Assembly: GCA_003344405.1 (NCBI GenBank)
Contig: NOWV01000012.1
Coordinates: forward strand, 682,001-746,000
DNA: 64,000 bases
Direction of reading: 5' to 3'
Origin: Trichoplax sp. H2
Lineage: Eukaryota
The stretch's first letter is position 1. The number at the start of each line of letters is the position of its first letter. The notes beneath the pieces were generated by a model. It saw only the letters and a program-made list of their open reading frames with translations. It made no database searches and was not told the origin of the DNA. Below are positions 45,429 to 59,500 of the stretch, piece by piece. Position numbers and translations under genes: made by a program.

Positions 45429-48400
45429 ATGAATTTGAATCATGCCGATATCATGAAATTGGATACCAATTTCTCACAAATTGATTTAAGCGGTAAGCTA
45501 TTAATTAAGGCACGCTTGGGTGAAGATGTACGCATGTTTCCAATTCATAATGAGGATATTACCTATGATGAATTGCTACTGATGATGCAGCGCGTCTTTC
45601 GTGGTAAACTGGGCACATCGGATGAAGTTGTCATCAAATATCGTGATGAAGGTGAGTCATCGCTAGACGATGGATGCTGTTGATTTACTCCAATTTCAAT
45701 CAGTTTTCCTTGTAGAAATAAGACTACTGGTAGTGAGTACGAGGAGCATTTGTCCTTGGCTTTGATTGCAGTATTGGACAATGACTAGCCAATACAATCT
45801 TTCTGACTTTGAAATATTTCATGCTGATCAAACCCGTTGACACCGATCGACCAAAATAACACCAGATATCCAACCTATATTGAAAACGTACTTAGTAGTA
45901 TTTGTCGTTGGCTTTCTTTGGACGATGAGTAGCCAATACCATCTTTCTGACTTTGAAATGTTTCATGCTGATCAACCATGATGTCATCTTTAACTTGTTA
46001 ATCTGTTGATACCGATCGACCAGGAGAAGGGAATGTATCCAACCCATATTGAAAATGTATTTAGTAGCATTTGTCTCTGGCTTTCTTTGGACGATGAGTA
46101 GCCAATACAATCTCTCTGACTTTGAAATATTTCATGCTGATCAACCATGATGTCATCTTTAACTTATTAACCCGTTGATACCGATCGACCAGAAGAAGGA
46201 GAGATATCCAACCTATATTGAAAAACGTACTTAGATTGATAATCACTTGTCTTCCAAATGCTTACAATTATTCCACGCTAAAAAACCAGAATGGACGACC
46301 TAGTAACTGCTGAAATAATAAAAAATATCTTGCATCGTAAGCGTACACCGATTACCTTCATCACTGTAAGCATCAAGTAATCAAGCTTATTTCATGATCA
46401 CAATGAAGAATCATTATCATACAATCAACTTAGATCAAAAGTTATCCATGGTGATTTGTGATTCGTCAATATCATCCATGATCCATGATGGATGATATTG
46501 ACTGAAAGATAAATCATAATTAAGCTTATGGTAGTGCATCAAATATATGAAGCGTGAGTTCACGTATCGTATTATTAATGAAAGAAAGAATACGGTAATA
46601 AATTGAGTGCTGCTATCGTGGTAACGCTCGTTTATGAAATATAGCAGTTTATTAGGACAGTTGAATAGATACTTAAAGATCAATGTATAGACAGTACGTT
46701 TACTATTGTAAGCAATCGTAGACAGAAAGTTGACTTTAAATGCTAAAGGGATACTAAATATTAGGTTGACTACAAATTGAATCAGCTTTCACCCAACTAA
46801 GATGATTCTGTAGTGTATATATATAATTATTGATTATCCCCATTTTGATTACTGTCCTGTCTCTAAGTAGCACTAAATATACACATAAGCTATACAATTT
46901 CTTCAAAAATAGCACTGATACTAGCATGGTACTATTTGGTTGCAGCAAGATAATGTTGAAGATAATGGTCACTACTCCACTAAAGTTACAAGATGTCTCA
47001 CGACAAGTTCTACGGGGTATAGTCCTGTAGGGTTGATAGCGTTGTAGATCATCGAACAGATGAGCTTTTACTACCCTTTCAGACAATTGAATTACAGCTA
47101 TGAAATCACGAAAGACCAAGCGATTGCCAGATGCTGCAAATTTGTAATTCTAATTCCGATTTCGGATATTTTTGACCTTACTAACCCTTAGAGCTCGATT
47201 ACATACTGTTAATATACTGTAGTGTATCTCTAACTGGTTAGATAACATGTACTACGACTTCGATATAGTTTGACATTGAAAAGTTGATGATTTACTGTAT
47301 GGTTAAGGGGCCTGAATACTATATTAATGGATGTATATTGGAGTCAGTTACAAAGTTTCGGCATTACAGTACTGTATTACTCTATAACGTTATAATGATG
47401 TCCTATTTTCAGGTAATAACTCTATGAGATAGGATATGAATTAAAAATGATAGACAATGTATTGCGACTAGGCAGAAGCACGCTTTTAACAGGATACTGC
47501 ATGAATGAAACGGAAAATTAATGTTAATAGTTTCGATTATAATTTTATTAAGAAAGGAGTAATACGAGTATAATACAGTTTATTCGTATATTCATACATT
47601 TCAGTATATATACAATATACCTGGCTACTTATACTGTAAATCAATTTCATTGGTTGTAATGATGGGTTATTATTACTAATGACATCTTGTCAAGCGGTGT
47701 GACATTATGCCGTAACAGAAGCTAATTTAGTCGCATCATATTTCGATTTCATGCTTTTGCAAAATAAATACTGTCTGCCTTGCTAATCAATCAATATTTA
47801 TCCTTATTTATAGATGGTGATTTAATTACCATTTTTGATAGTTCAGACTTATCCTTTGCTAAGCAGTACAGCAAACGTGTTCTTAAAGTCACTCTCTTTG
47901 GTAAGTAGACTTGCCTGTTCTTTCTGGAGATATTGATCTACTGTACGTTTCAAAATTTACAGCTTAATACAAAATATAAATATTGTATAGTAGTGGTATT
48001 CTACTTATACTATTTTGTTGTACTAGAGTATTAACTAATTAGAACCTGTTCTGTATTGTTGTAAACACAACTTAACTGGATATTTAGAGCGCTTGACTAA
48101 CTGCAGTATGAAATTGAATAATTTATTAATTTCTTATTATCTCTATACAACAGTTAATGGTAAACCAAGACCTTTAGAAAGTGATACTGTTAAGTATTTA
48201 AAAAAAGAACTATCTCAGGTCAGAGATACAGTAAACAAACTATTGGATAAACTGGACACATTGGATACGGTAAAAAGAGCCGGTGGCTTTGGTAAAAAGC
48301 AAGAGGAAGAGAATAACGTCGATAGCAAAATTATAAAAGGTATTTTCAGTTGGCTATAGACGTGTATACTATTTTGATTGAATTAGCGGTTAATCCTCTG

Positions 48401-49231
48401 TATTAAAATTAGCGAGTATGATACAAAGTCTTACAACTCTATATTGGCTTCGATTATAGTTATTATATCATTGAAGTCAGTTATGTCAGCCATTTTCCAA
48501 GCTAATAAAATATTTGTGACATTTATGTTGATAATATTACAGCTGAAAGTTCCAACGCAAACACTAAATCGCAAACTCAGCCTGTTAACACAAACGTTAC
48601 TCAAACCGCCATGTTCGATCCATTGAGAGCAAACAGCAACGAAAATTTAGAAAAAAATCAAGCGTCTGGAAGAGGATCAACATTTTCTATGTGTTAGTAA
48701 ACAATATTATTCATAAATTAATAATTTTATTCTAAATGATTGATATCGCTCTTTAAATAACTTTAGCTTCAGCAAGTAGCACTGCTCAAACTGGAATAAC
48801 AACGCAGGTAAATTCTAGTAGTGCACCTATTCAAACTCAGACATATGCGTCGTTACCACAGTCCCAGCAAAATGATAAACTATAATCAATACCCAACGTC
48901 TCAGCAACAGCCCCCAGTACAAAATTTGTCATCTTACAGCGGTGTTCAACAACAGCCACCACAATCTAAGCAACCAGTTTACGGTAATACTGATGCTGCA
49001 AAACAGGCGACCACAGGTACTTCTCAGCCCAATGCATCTTACGCGATGGTTTATCCTAATCCGAACTTTCAAAATACTGATGCCGTCTATAATGCACCTG
49101 GACAACAACCGCCACCAGGGCAACAACCACCGCCGGCACAGGGACAACAACAACCGTATGGCACTTATTACAATCAGCAACCATCTCAAGGTGTACAATA
49201 CGATTATGGTTTCACGGGATACCAGAAGTGA
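45429..49231 (+). CDS. TFG: TRK-fused gene protein (PB1 domain, coiled coil, P/Q-rich tail; ER exit site factor)
   Basis: [43 protein letters not shown] and [16 protein letters not shown]. Exons 45429-45651, 47814-47900, 48154-48339, 48543-48692 and 48767-49231; the last has a frame discontinuity (see findings). Confidence 0.95.
45744..46232. repeat. Tandem repeat, about 169 bp x3 (first copy partly deleted), in TFG intron 1
   Basis: TAGCCAATAC..CTGACTTTGAAAT.TTTCATGCTGATCAA at 45786, 45930 and 46099. Confidence 0.9.
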
Positions 49232-50066
49232 TTAATACAATTCAAATTCTGGGTGTTCCTGATAAGTTTTAAGTTGAATTAAATGACTAGAGGAACGTAT
49301 AATGATATTAAGATTGTATGCCGTAAAATGTATGTATCGATCTCATATTTAAAAGCCTTCTTTGACTTCGCATCGAATTACGATCTGAGGCTAGACTTGA
49401 TCAAAAAGTCTCAATTACTTCACATATCAGAACATCATTACTATAGCAATTTCTATTGAGGCTTAATTACTATTAATATCTAGATGTTTTAGATTAATAT
49501 CTGTATCGTGAATTGACTGTACTATTTTCAACTGCATTGTAGGTTTAGTACTAATTATTTTTAATAACTCCTTATTATCGGCGTAAATTAATTGATGTTA
49601 TCCTTAAAATGAGTGCACCATGCTACTTTGATGTTTGGTGGGTGAATTGTAGTTCTATGTCTATCTCTGACGCTATTAAGCAATAGTATTTAGCCCTTTA
49701 GATTATGCTAGAATATGCCTAGACTACTAATAGTAGTCATTTCCTTCTTTGGTTTGCATTATAGTCGAGTTGTATCGATAATGAATGTATATGTCTATTT
49801 ACATACGTATGGTAGAAGGCATTAACGTAAAATGATATCGTATTTTTTACCTGTAGTCTATTGATAAGCTGCGAAGAATCAATGCATGAAAATTTCGAAA
49901 ATTTAACATTTAAATACCATTATATCTCTCAATCTTAGATTTTTATTGTATCTACAGACTATGTACGTAAATATAAGCTCATATGCATTTATTAACAAAA
50001 ACAGAGATAATGATACTCAATTCAAACTTAGCATTCGTGATGCAATAAAAATTTTCTTAAATAAAT

Positions 50067-53000
50067 TTATATCTCGGAAGCAACTATAGTTGTGATATTT
50101 CCGATTTTGATTTGCAAATCTGTGATACAAGACATTACTGACAAAAGCTTTGTTGACTGTAAAAGCTCTTCTTCTATGCTTGATAAATAATTTAGACGAC
50201 AAACTTGGTCTCGAATGTTATGAAGGTCGGCTTGTAACATCTATAAATAGTGGAAACAATGTAACGGTTAAAAAATTTTCAATAGGAAAATTGATTGGGT
50301 AGGTAGACTAATCACAACAATTTTAAAAACGGCAGCTCGTGACCTATAATAATTTCAATATGCGTGTATTGTACATGTTACTTTCTTGACTTTATACGAT
50401 TGCAAAAGTTAGAAGTTATAGCAGTACATTATCAGTACATAAGCCTTAAATCATACCCGTCGGTTAAACTTGGTAATTTCCGTCGATAGCGTAAATGGCT
50501 TCTGAAATGAAGCTCGTAAAATTTCCTAAGTAGAATAGCACATCTTAGAGAAAAGTTTATATTCCTTTCGATGACATTAGCGTATGACATATTGGAAGAT
50601 ATTTTATTAAAATATACCTGCAATCTTCTTGAAATAGCACAGTAAACAGATAATAAAGTAGGTACAGACATGGATGAGATATGAAGAGTTATACTTGAAA
50701 TAACTTGACTATTATTTCCACGATTTTCTTCATCGCTAGGAATTTCTGAATTGGATTTCTCTAATATTATTCTATTTCATTATGATTTAAAATTATAGAA
50801 CCAAAAAAAGAAATTTCTTCAATTTGATCATCAATATTATAGGTTAATAATAATATTAATGAATATTCTAAATCACTACAACCTACTGTACCTTATTGCA
50901 ACTTGTAATTCATCAAAGAATACTAAGGATATTTCATTCGCTTCTTGATCATAGTGATTTATACAATCAGAATTCTTATTTAATATATTATGAAGAATTT
51001 GATCACGAAATGTAGGCAAATCCACAGGTTCATTTGTTATTAATTTGATTTGTAGACTTATATTTTTCCATTCTACTTGATTGGTAATATTACTTTCGGA
51101 AACATTCGGCACTGGATTATAATTCTTTTTATCATAAAGAATCCGTTTCAGTAACATCATAGTTCCTTCAAAGTTCATAGAAATTGGTATAAGATCATAC
51201 ATGTTCATGCCTAATCGTTGGTGCATCAACTTTAAAGGTGGTTTTCTACCAATAAATGATCCAGTAACAAAGTATAAACTGTCAATAATGCGTTGAGATA
51301 TAGTGATACACGAAGAAAGCTTCAGCATTTTATGACTTCCCTTCTTTAAAAATTGGGATGAATCTCCTCCATTTGAGGTTACTGAAGAGTTTAAGCATAG
51401 CAAACACTCCACTGTCAATGTAAATAGGATATTAAAGTTAATTTCAGAATATCCAGATAAGGTGATAACATTCCCAAGTAAACGCTTGAACGGTATATTG
51501 AATGTCATTCGCGTAGGAGGTCGATCTCGTAAAGGGTACGAAAAGGATGCGATGTCTTTACATAACTTGCCTGATCGGTGCGTATAACCAGAAACAAGAA
51601 CGAGTAGAGAGTAGCTAGAGTTTATCAAACCGATATCGTCTATCATACGAATTACGAGTGTTCCACTCTGATTTGATAAACTATCAAAAGAATTATATTC
51701 AACGTGTATACCTATTTTGAGTTGGAAATCGTTTAACTGCTTGCATCTGTTGATCCTATGATATTGATAAGCAATATTGTTAAAGAACTTGATTCTATTA
51801 TTACAAGCTGATATTGCAGACACTAATTCTGTCTTTAAATTATTTAGATTTGTCAGCTGATTTAGTCTTTTCGAAATTTCCAATTGAGGATTTAAATCGC
51901 TTTTTTCCAAATTGCTTTTCTTCATAAATATAGACAAGCCAAATTTTATTATCTGTCCAGTAGACTTGATTGCTACAAAACCAACGTCTTTTTCATTTTC
52001 ACATATGAAAGGTAGTATGGAGAGAATATGATCAATTCTTTCACTGACTGGATGTAGTACCTGAGGCAGCACTGGTAAGGAATCCAATTGATTCTTAAAT
52101 TTTTCTGCATCCTCATCAGTGTTATCTGATTTATTACTTTCATTATGAGATATAGCTGCGATTGATAAATAGTAAATTATTTTTTATTAGTTACATTAAT
52201 TTCAAAATGTTAATGCAATATATGTGGGATATATCTGAAATCGAAATTATGCACAATTACTTTTTAAATAGTTGCAGGTAGTACTACATTATAGCAGCCA
52301 ATATTGAATTATGAAAATGTCACTAATTCAAGTAATATTAACGAAGCCCGAATTTATTGATAAAGTTTCATTACTTTCTATCGAGCTTAATGCTTGTACG
52401 AATATTCTGTTTCCCTCACCTGTAGTTTCTGTATTACTATTAAATCGAACAAGACGAAGATCATTTGTAGAAGCATACAGTAGCGAGCTAGTACCATGTT
52501 CATCTTGAAATAAGCATTGCGAAGTTACTGGACCAAAGAGATTATACTGCCTAAATACAAGGCCAATCGTATCATTGCCAATTATACCACGGCATGCAAT
52601 TATTAACTTTCCTTGAATACCCAGTAAAAGTATTGCATTATTGACCACACTCTGATTACCGTTAACATTTGTGATCGGAATTCGAACAGACGTAATCGCT
52701 TTTGGTTCCTCACACAAATCATAAAAGATTTCTGCTGTCTTTGGAAAATTTTGCATGTTGCATGAGTATATACGAATCTTACCATCAATACTACCGTACA
52801 TAAAACCGTACGATTTGGCCAACATCGCGTCTAAGCCGAAAATATTGATAAATAGGCTTCGATCAATTTTGCAATTAATACAATTTCCATAGCACATTTC
52901 CTTAAAATCTGATGGATAGAAACTTTGTACAACTAAATCTGTTGCTGAATTTTCATCTTTCTTACTATTATCAATCAGTTCAGTATCAGTTATAAATTGT

Positions 53001-54524
53001 AAATAAACGGAATTTTTTTCCATGGAAGGCATTATCTGGAAAATTTTTAGCAAATATGGATTGGTGATTGCACCATAAGTAGCCCAATATTGATGGAAAA
53101 ATATTGTATTTACGGAGCAATTCGTAGACAATATAATTTTAGCATCCAACTCTGCTACTGTTAAAATTTTGATATTGTCATTTCTTTGATGTTCTTTAGG
53201 AAGTCCTGTAGAATCCCATTGTACGGGATGATGATAGCGTGCAATAGGATTGTGTTGTCCATCATTGTTGGCATCCATATCTGTTCTTTTCCTATAATTG
53301 AGTTAATTTAATAAGTAAGGGTACCGGTATGCATTGTAAAAGATCAATTGGGTCATTATATCAATATGAGTTTCCCAAGAGAAGAAAGATACCTTTTGCC
53401 AGCATTATCTATTTTATCCATTAGGATATCATAGCTGATCGACCAAAGCTTTCCGTTGGTATCATTAACCAGAAGTACTTGTAGCCCTGTATTGAGTATA
53501 CTGAATGCTTGGATGACATCAGGAAATTTGCAAATTAGCTATAGAAAGTAATAGGAGTTTGAGGTTAAAGTCTCGAATAAGACTTTGTAGTAAGTTAGAG
53601 TAACCTACCATGCCAGCTTGTAAAATATCAAACAATTTACATTACAGTGTCATTTTTTAACTTAAAAATATAGTAGGCCGATGCAAGCTTCCTCTACATG
53701 CTGCCTGTATATGATAGTATAGCCCCAAGTAGATTAAAGATATTTAATATACTGGTATTTAGATACAAATTAAGATTGCAGGAAGGATCAACTATTTCCA
53801 TTTTAGCCTTTAGCTATTGTATATTAAACTAAATTAAATAGCCAATAACTTCTTCAACGTTTCGTTAGTTTTTAGCAGCATTATTTGAAATATCATTTTT
53901 AAGATTGATGTTATCCACTGCTCTAGCGTCGATGACAGTTGATTAATTTGCTATATTTGTAATGATGATAATATCATTGCTACAGATTAGTAAGATAGGT
54001 TATTGCATCGACATATCTTGATCTTAAAAGAATTAATTAACCGCCTTATAGCCAAGTTATAGGCGATTTTCGTTATGCACTATTCAAGAACTAAATACTG
54101 TTCAGTAGCATCGTAGTCTCTTTAGTGAGCGTGGTTCAATCATAACCGATATTGAGTTACTACAAGCATGAGTATGCATACATAGAGTATAGGTAAACAT
54201 CGGTGAAAGCAAATATGAATCAGCCATGATTGAAAGTGTTTGCGACTTACTGAATAACACTACACCAATCGATTTTGACTATTGATAACTTAATACTGTT
54301 ATAGATATATATTGATAAATTTATACAAATAGTATTTTATAAAATATCAAGCTCACCAAAAGTTGCGTCGGTGTGCCAATGTATAAGCTATCGTTAACGT
54401 TGATGATCAATAAAGCTTGATGGTATTTCTCATCCTTTACAGACGACGCTTTAATTACGTCATTATGTGATACAGGCGCTAATGACCATTTAAAAGTTTC
54501 AATCCTCTTTGGAGATACATTCAT
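50067..54524 (-). CDS. FAAP100: Fanconi anemia core complex-associated protein 100 (divergent, multi-exon)
   Basis: Segments resembling FAAP100 in the expected order: LICKFPD, SLFINIFGLDAML..GSIDGKI, IFYDLCEEP, LLGIQGKL, FRQYNLFGPV, LYASTNDL, and AISRRLQ near the C-terminus. Probable ATG 54524; stop TAA 50069-50067. Confidence 0.75.
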
Positions 54525-55272
54525 GATAGAAGCATATCACGACTACGATACAGTATTGAGTAATTTGAGTTGCATTGCAAGGCGTATGGAAGTATTAATA
54601 AATGTAGTGTTGTTGATGCAATGAAAAGAAAAACAGTTTTCGTTTTCATACAAATTGTTCATTAATGAACGAAGCAGGCTGAGGTCAGTTAGCTCCCGTG
54701 AGAGTAAACTAGGCGAAGTAGGCTAACCAATTCCAATATCAATTATTGTTGAGGTAAACGATATCATGTGTTTGCATCTTTATATTAGTGTCGACTATTG
54801 GATCGATAGAAGATTGCAGTTGGATGGGGTTTGTAAATTATGGTATGCAAGAATGAATTGATCCAATGCAGACTTGCTGTTAGTTGAAAGGAAAAGCAGA
54901 GAAGGTGAATTCAGTTGTTCTGAAGATGAGGTAAATTGAATGGATACTTTTGCCTTTGCATCAAAAATTATGAAGTGGATCTGAAATAATATCACCTGTC
55001 ATCAAAATGAAGTGTAGTAAAAAGATAAAGTTAAATTAGCAAGCGTCTTAATTTTAGTATAATTTTATAGTGGAAAGAGAGACCAGCGACTTGTTGATTT
55101 CGATGCAAGCGCAAGTAGGAGATAGTACACATTCACATTTGGAGCGAGTAGAATCTCGTTCATTTATAGCCGTTACTTACTGCGTATTGCAGACTCTAAC
55201 AACACTAGACTGTATAATATCGGATTCTCTTGAGTGGACGCTATCAAAACTGCTCCATAATTGATCGATCCA

Positions 55273-56291
55273 TCACTTTCTCCAGCCTGGGTTAACTCGA
55301 TATGTGGCCATTTTGCGACTTGCTGGCACAGACAGCTGGACATCAAGACAAGATTTGACCTTGAGGCACGATTGGCGATTTTCTTTTCATTTGGCTACAG
55401 TACAATGCACTGTGTCAGGTAGTCTTGGACTGTAGTAGAGGTACTGTACAAGGCTCACGTACACTCTACTTGCAGTACTGTGTTGGATCACTCTCGTTCT
55501 AGTGTAATCTCTAGAGTTCTATCGGGGGTACGCGTAGCGATATAGTGTCCAGTATGGCATGCTCAAGGGTAGCTTAAAGCCATTTCTAATACTGTCCACG
55601 TTGTCATGTGGGCTTGCCTATACTGTAAACTCTGTCCATAGCGAATGTATGCGTAGTTAAACTAAATTCGCCTACAGTGCAGAGGATAGCCTATTCCTAT
55701 ACGAAAACCGAAGCCGATCTTGTCATCTATACTCGTTCTAGGCTGAAATAGTCTACCATGAGATAGTACCCAGATCAGATTCGTCACTTTCTTTAGCCTG
55801 GGTCAACTCGATGTGTGGCCATTTTGCGACTTGCTGGCGCAGACAGCTGGACATCAAGACAAGATTTGACCTTGAGGCACGATTGGCGATTTTCTTTTCA
55901 TTTGGCTACAGTACAATACACTGTGTTTGGTAGTCTTGGACTGTAGTAAAGGTACTGTACACTGTACAAGGCTCACGTACACTCTACTTGCAGTACTGTA
56001 TTGGAATACTATCGTTTCTAGTGTAATCTCTAGAGTTCTATCGGGGGTACGCGTAGTGATATAGTGTCTAGTATGGCATGCTCAAGGGTAGCTTAAAGCC
56101 ATTTCTAATACTGTCCACGTTGTCATGTCGGCTTGCCTATACTGTAAACTCTGTCCATAGCGAATGTATGCGTAGTTAAACTAAATTCGCCTACAGTGCA
56201 GAGGATAGCCTATTCCTATACGAAAACCCGAAGCCAAACTTATCGTCTATACTCGTTCTAGGCTGAAATAGTCTACCATGAGATAGTACCC
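55273..56291. repeat. Tandem duplication, about 511 bp x2, covering the FAAP100/TMEM39 bidirectional promoter
   Basis: Copies 55273-55771 and 55784-56291. Each has GGCCATTTT (YY1-like), GATTGG (CCAAT box) and TACAG/CTGTA clusters. Confidence 0.95.
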
Positions 56292-56595
56292 TATGGAGAG
56301 TCCAGTGCTGACTATCCCGGCCAGAAACCATCCGTTGCTCTAGCTTGGAGATGGCTGCTGCTGTGGAGATTTGCACTGCAAATTGAGACGATTAATCTAC
56401 TCATCGACGAGCTTGGTTGGCAATTGATTGCTTTTTAAAGCTTCTTAAGACAGAATTGGAACTGATTGTGTTGCTCAATACAACTTGTACTCAAACTACG
56501 TTGTTCAGATCAATGTAGAATAGAGTGTTAGCGTTGATGTTGCGCGTATTCTTGCTGATCAATAACGATCTAATGTGTTGACTACAAGATCAACT

Positions 56596-59500
56596 ATGCC
56601 TTCCAAACATCGACCATATCGACATAATCATGCTCCATTCAGCAGTAATGGCAAGCAATCCCATCGTAAATCGACTATACAACCTGATCGGTGTACCGAT
56701 GAAAGAAATCACCAGAAGCAACCATCGGATAATGTTGAAATTCAATCATTGATAACGTAAGTTATTGCCATCGTATTGCTCCATTTCTTCTTCCTTGATC
56801 TTGTCATCCACCTTGATGATGGCCGATGATCAGTCCTACAATCCAATCCTTCACATTATTCGACGTTACGATTGGAAAGATTGCCTACGATATAGATTCT
56901 TCATAAATGATCATAATAGCATTTGGATAGTTGGATAGATTATACTGTAGGCTATCTTTTCATGTTGTTTTTTATCCTTCTTGCCTCTCGGACATGTTGA
57001 ATTTGGATGACTATTTCGTCCAGCAACCAAAAAAGAATCCAATTATGATCAATCTGTACTATAAACGTCCCCATTGCGTCTACACAACACAGACGTCAAT
57101 TCATTTCATCCTTGCCTATGCCTAGAAACCTATTAAATACTATGTATACTATCAATAGTATTGTTTGGTAGGGTCAAAGTTTTGGGGGGATTGCCATTGA
57201 TTCATCTCAAGTTGTTAGCCAACAACTTACAGTACTGTAGTCGCCAACACAGAATTTCTTTCGCCTCGGCTTGACTGCAATCATGGATTACAGTCACTAC
57301 TAATCAGGATCAATGATGATGGCTCTGATCTGCACTTAATGCCAAATGTTTCTATACTTGTATTTTTGCCTAGGCTTACTGGATTATTACTGTCCATATC
57401 ATTAGAGGAGTAAAACATTTTTTATACACTCTTCAGCTATCCCCCAACGCATACCTCACAACCCAGTCGCGAACGATTTCCTCCCTCTACCAAACTTTCA
57501 CCATCATATTTTGGGAAATACAGTAATGACTCTGATCCGTTCAATCGATAGCAAATGTCCAACACTTCTACACTGAATGGATTTATTTTACGCGCATTTT
57601 CACCAATTAGTTCTACGCGTCCGCTCGATTTCATCACTGAAAGATTTTACAGCCTCATATTTGATGCATCCCAATCGATAGTGGATCATGCTGTTGCCAT
57701 CAAATCCTTTCTTTCATCTGCGCCTCTACTTCCAAATAAGAATTCATTCCATCGCTGGACATCATCGTCAATACTTCTGTTTTATTGACATTATAGTACT
57801 ATAAGCAACACGTCAAAGATATCCTTGTCCCTTTTTCTTTTACCAAGCTCCTGTCGTACGGGCTTTTGCGAACCTAGCAAATGATGCCATCTGCAGACTT
57901 TGCATATCTTAACTTATCTCATACAGTTCTCATTTTACAAGCGATAGAAAACATTTCCGATCGCACAAATGTAGTGGATTATTATCACTGCCTGAACTCT
58001 TGATCGATGAAAATCATCAGCCTTCAATCCCGTTATCAATAATGGTGTTTATCACGTAGGATAAGACATGCTTCCTTCGATCTAAGCGTGGAGATAGCTG
58101 TCTAGTTTTATTAGGTATCAATAGATATGATATGCAGGTTATCTCGACGTTCATTTGTAATACTGTATTTCTTAATAAAACATCCTGTGATGATTATACC
58201 CTATGTTGCTAACTAATCCACACAACTGTACTACCAGTCAATTTTCGATTCTCTATATCAATTTGAAAAGTCGCAATAGAACATTTTATTTCAATGGCCG
58301 TTAAGCATAAAGATTATACTGCCAAATAGCCGAGATACGATTCTATTCAAGTCGGTTGCCATAATAACCACACGATATCTAAAATGATTGAATGGACGCG
58401 TATTTTATGGAAATGAGTTATTAATATGAAATTAAAATCAACCACCTTTAGGGAATAGGCCTTCCGGTTCAAGTAAAATAATTACATGAATGAGAAAGAA
58501 ATAACCCTTCTTTAGTATTTATCGACATGAGATTATTTTCTATTATGATTAATGTCTAATTTTAGATTTCGATCACTCCAGTTGGAGTTTGTTGTTTATT
58601 ATTTATGCTTTAGTTGCTGTATCAAAAAAACTAAGGTAACGATATAGATACATAATCATCCCTCTCTATCTGATTAAATGTAGTGGTGAAATGGATGTCA
58701 ATAATGGAAATCCACCCTTAGTCAACAAGCCTAATAGCAGTCAGGATGGAGACAACACCTCCATTCGATTTGCAACAATCGAAGCTATTAAACATCAACC
58801 GGTCTCTCTTGGTAGCCAGCTATCATCGGTACTATTTGAAATATCGCTTCTTCTTTACCAAATCCTTGCATTCTATCTGCAATGCTGCGTCATTTATCAA
58901 AGTGTAAGTACATCATGACAAAGTGGAATAGAAATCTTTCTTAATTGTGTAGTCCTGTTATGATACTAATCATATAATAGTGAATAGCTTGAAGACAGTA
59001 TGAAATAATTATGATATTTGAATGCCGTAATACAGTAGAACTTAGGCTACCGTGTAGACAAAATGGCAGACAATCTATAGAGATTGATATTGTACTCTCG
59101 ACTACATTAATAATGATGTATTGTCTACGTTATTGTTTACCCTGAGTAGAAAAGCGTAAATAGTACCAAATATGCGATGATGATTTATGGATCGTTGCAA
59201 GATAGAATAGGATAGTATGATAGCTCTATTTCTGAATGATCGTAAATTCAAACCCTTTAGTTTTACAATATCAGCATTGGATGATACAGTATTGGTCACA
59301 GTTTCAGGAAAAGCGTAAATAGTACCAAATATGCGATGATGATTTATGGATCGTTGCAAGATAGAATAGGATAGTATGATAGCTCTATTTCTGAATGATA
59401 GTAAATTCAAACCCTTTAGTTTTACAATATCAGCATTGGATGATACAGTATTGGTCACAGTTTCAGGATGGAATGGATCCGTACGATTAAGCTTATTTAC

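Noticed and set aside
47181-47190. CTAACCCTTA resembling a telomerase template or telomeric seed
   Set aside because: A single short match in an AT-rich TFG intron with no supporting structure.
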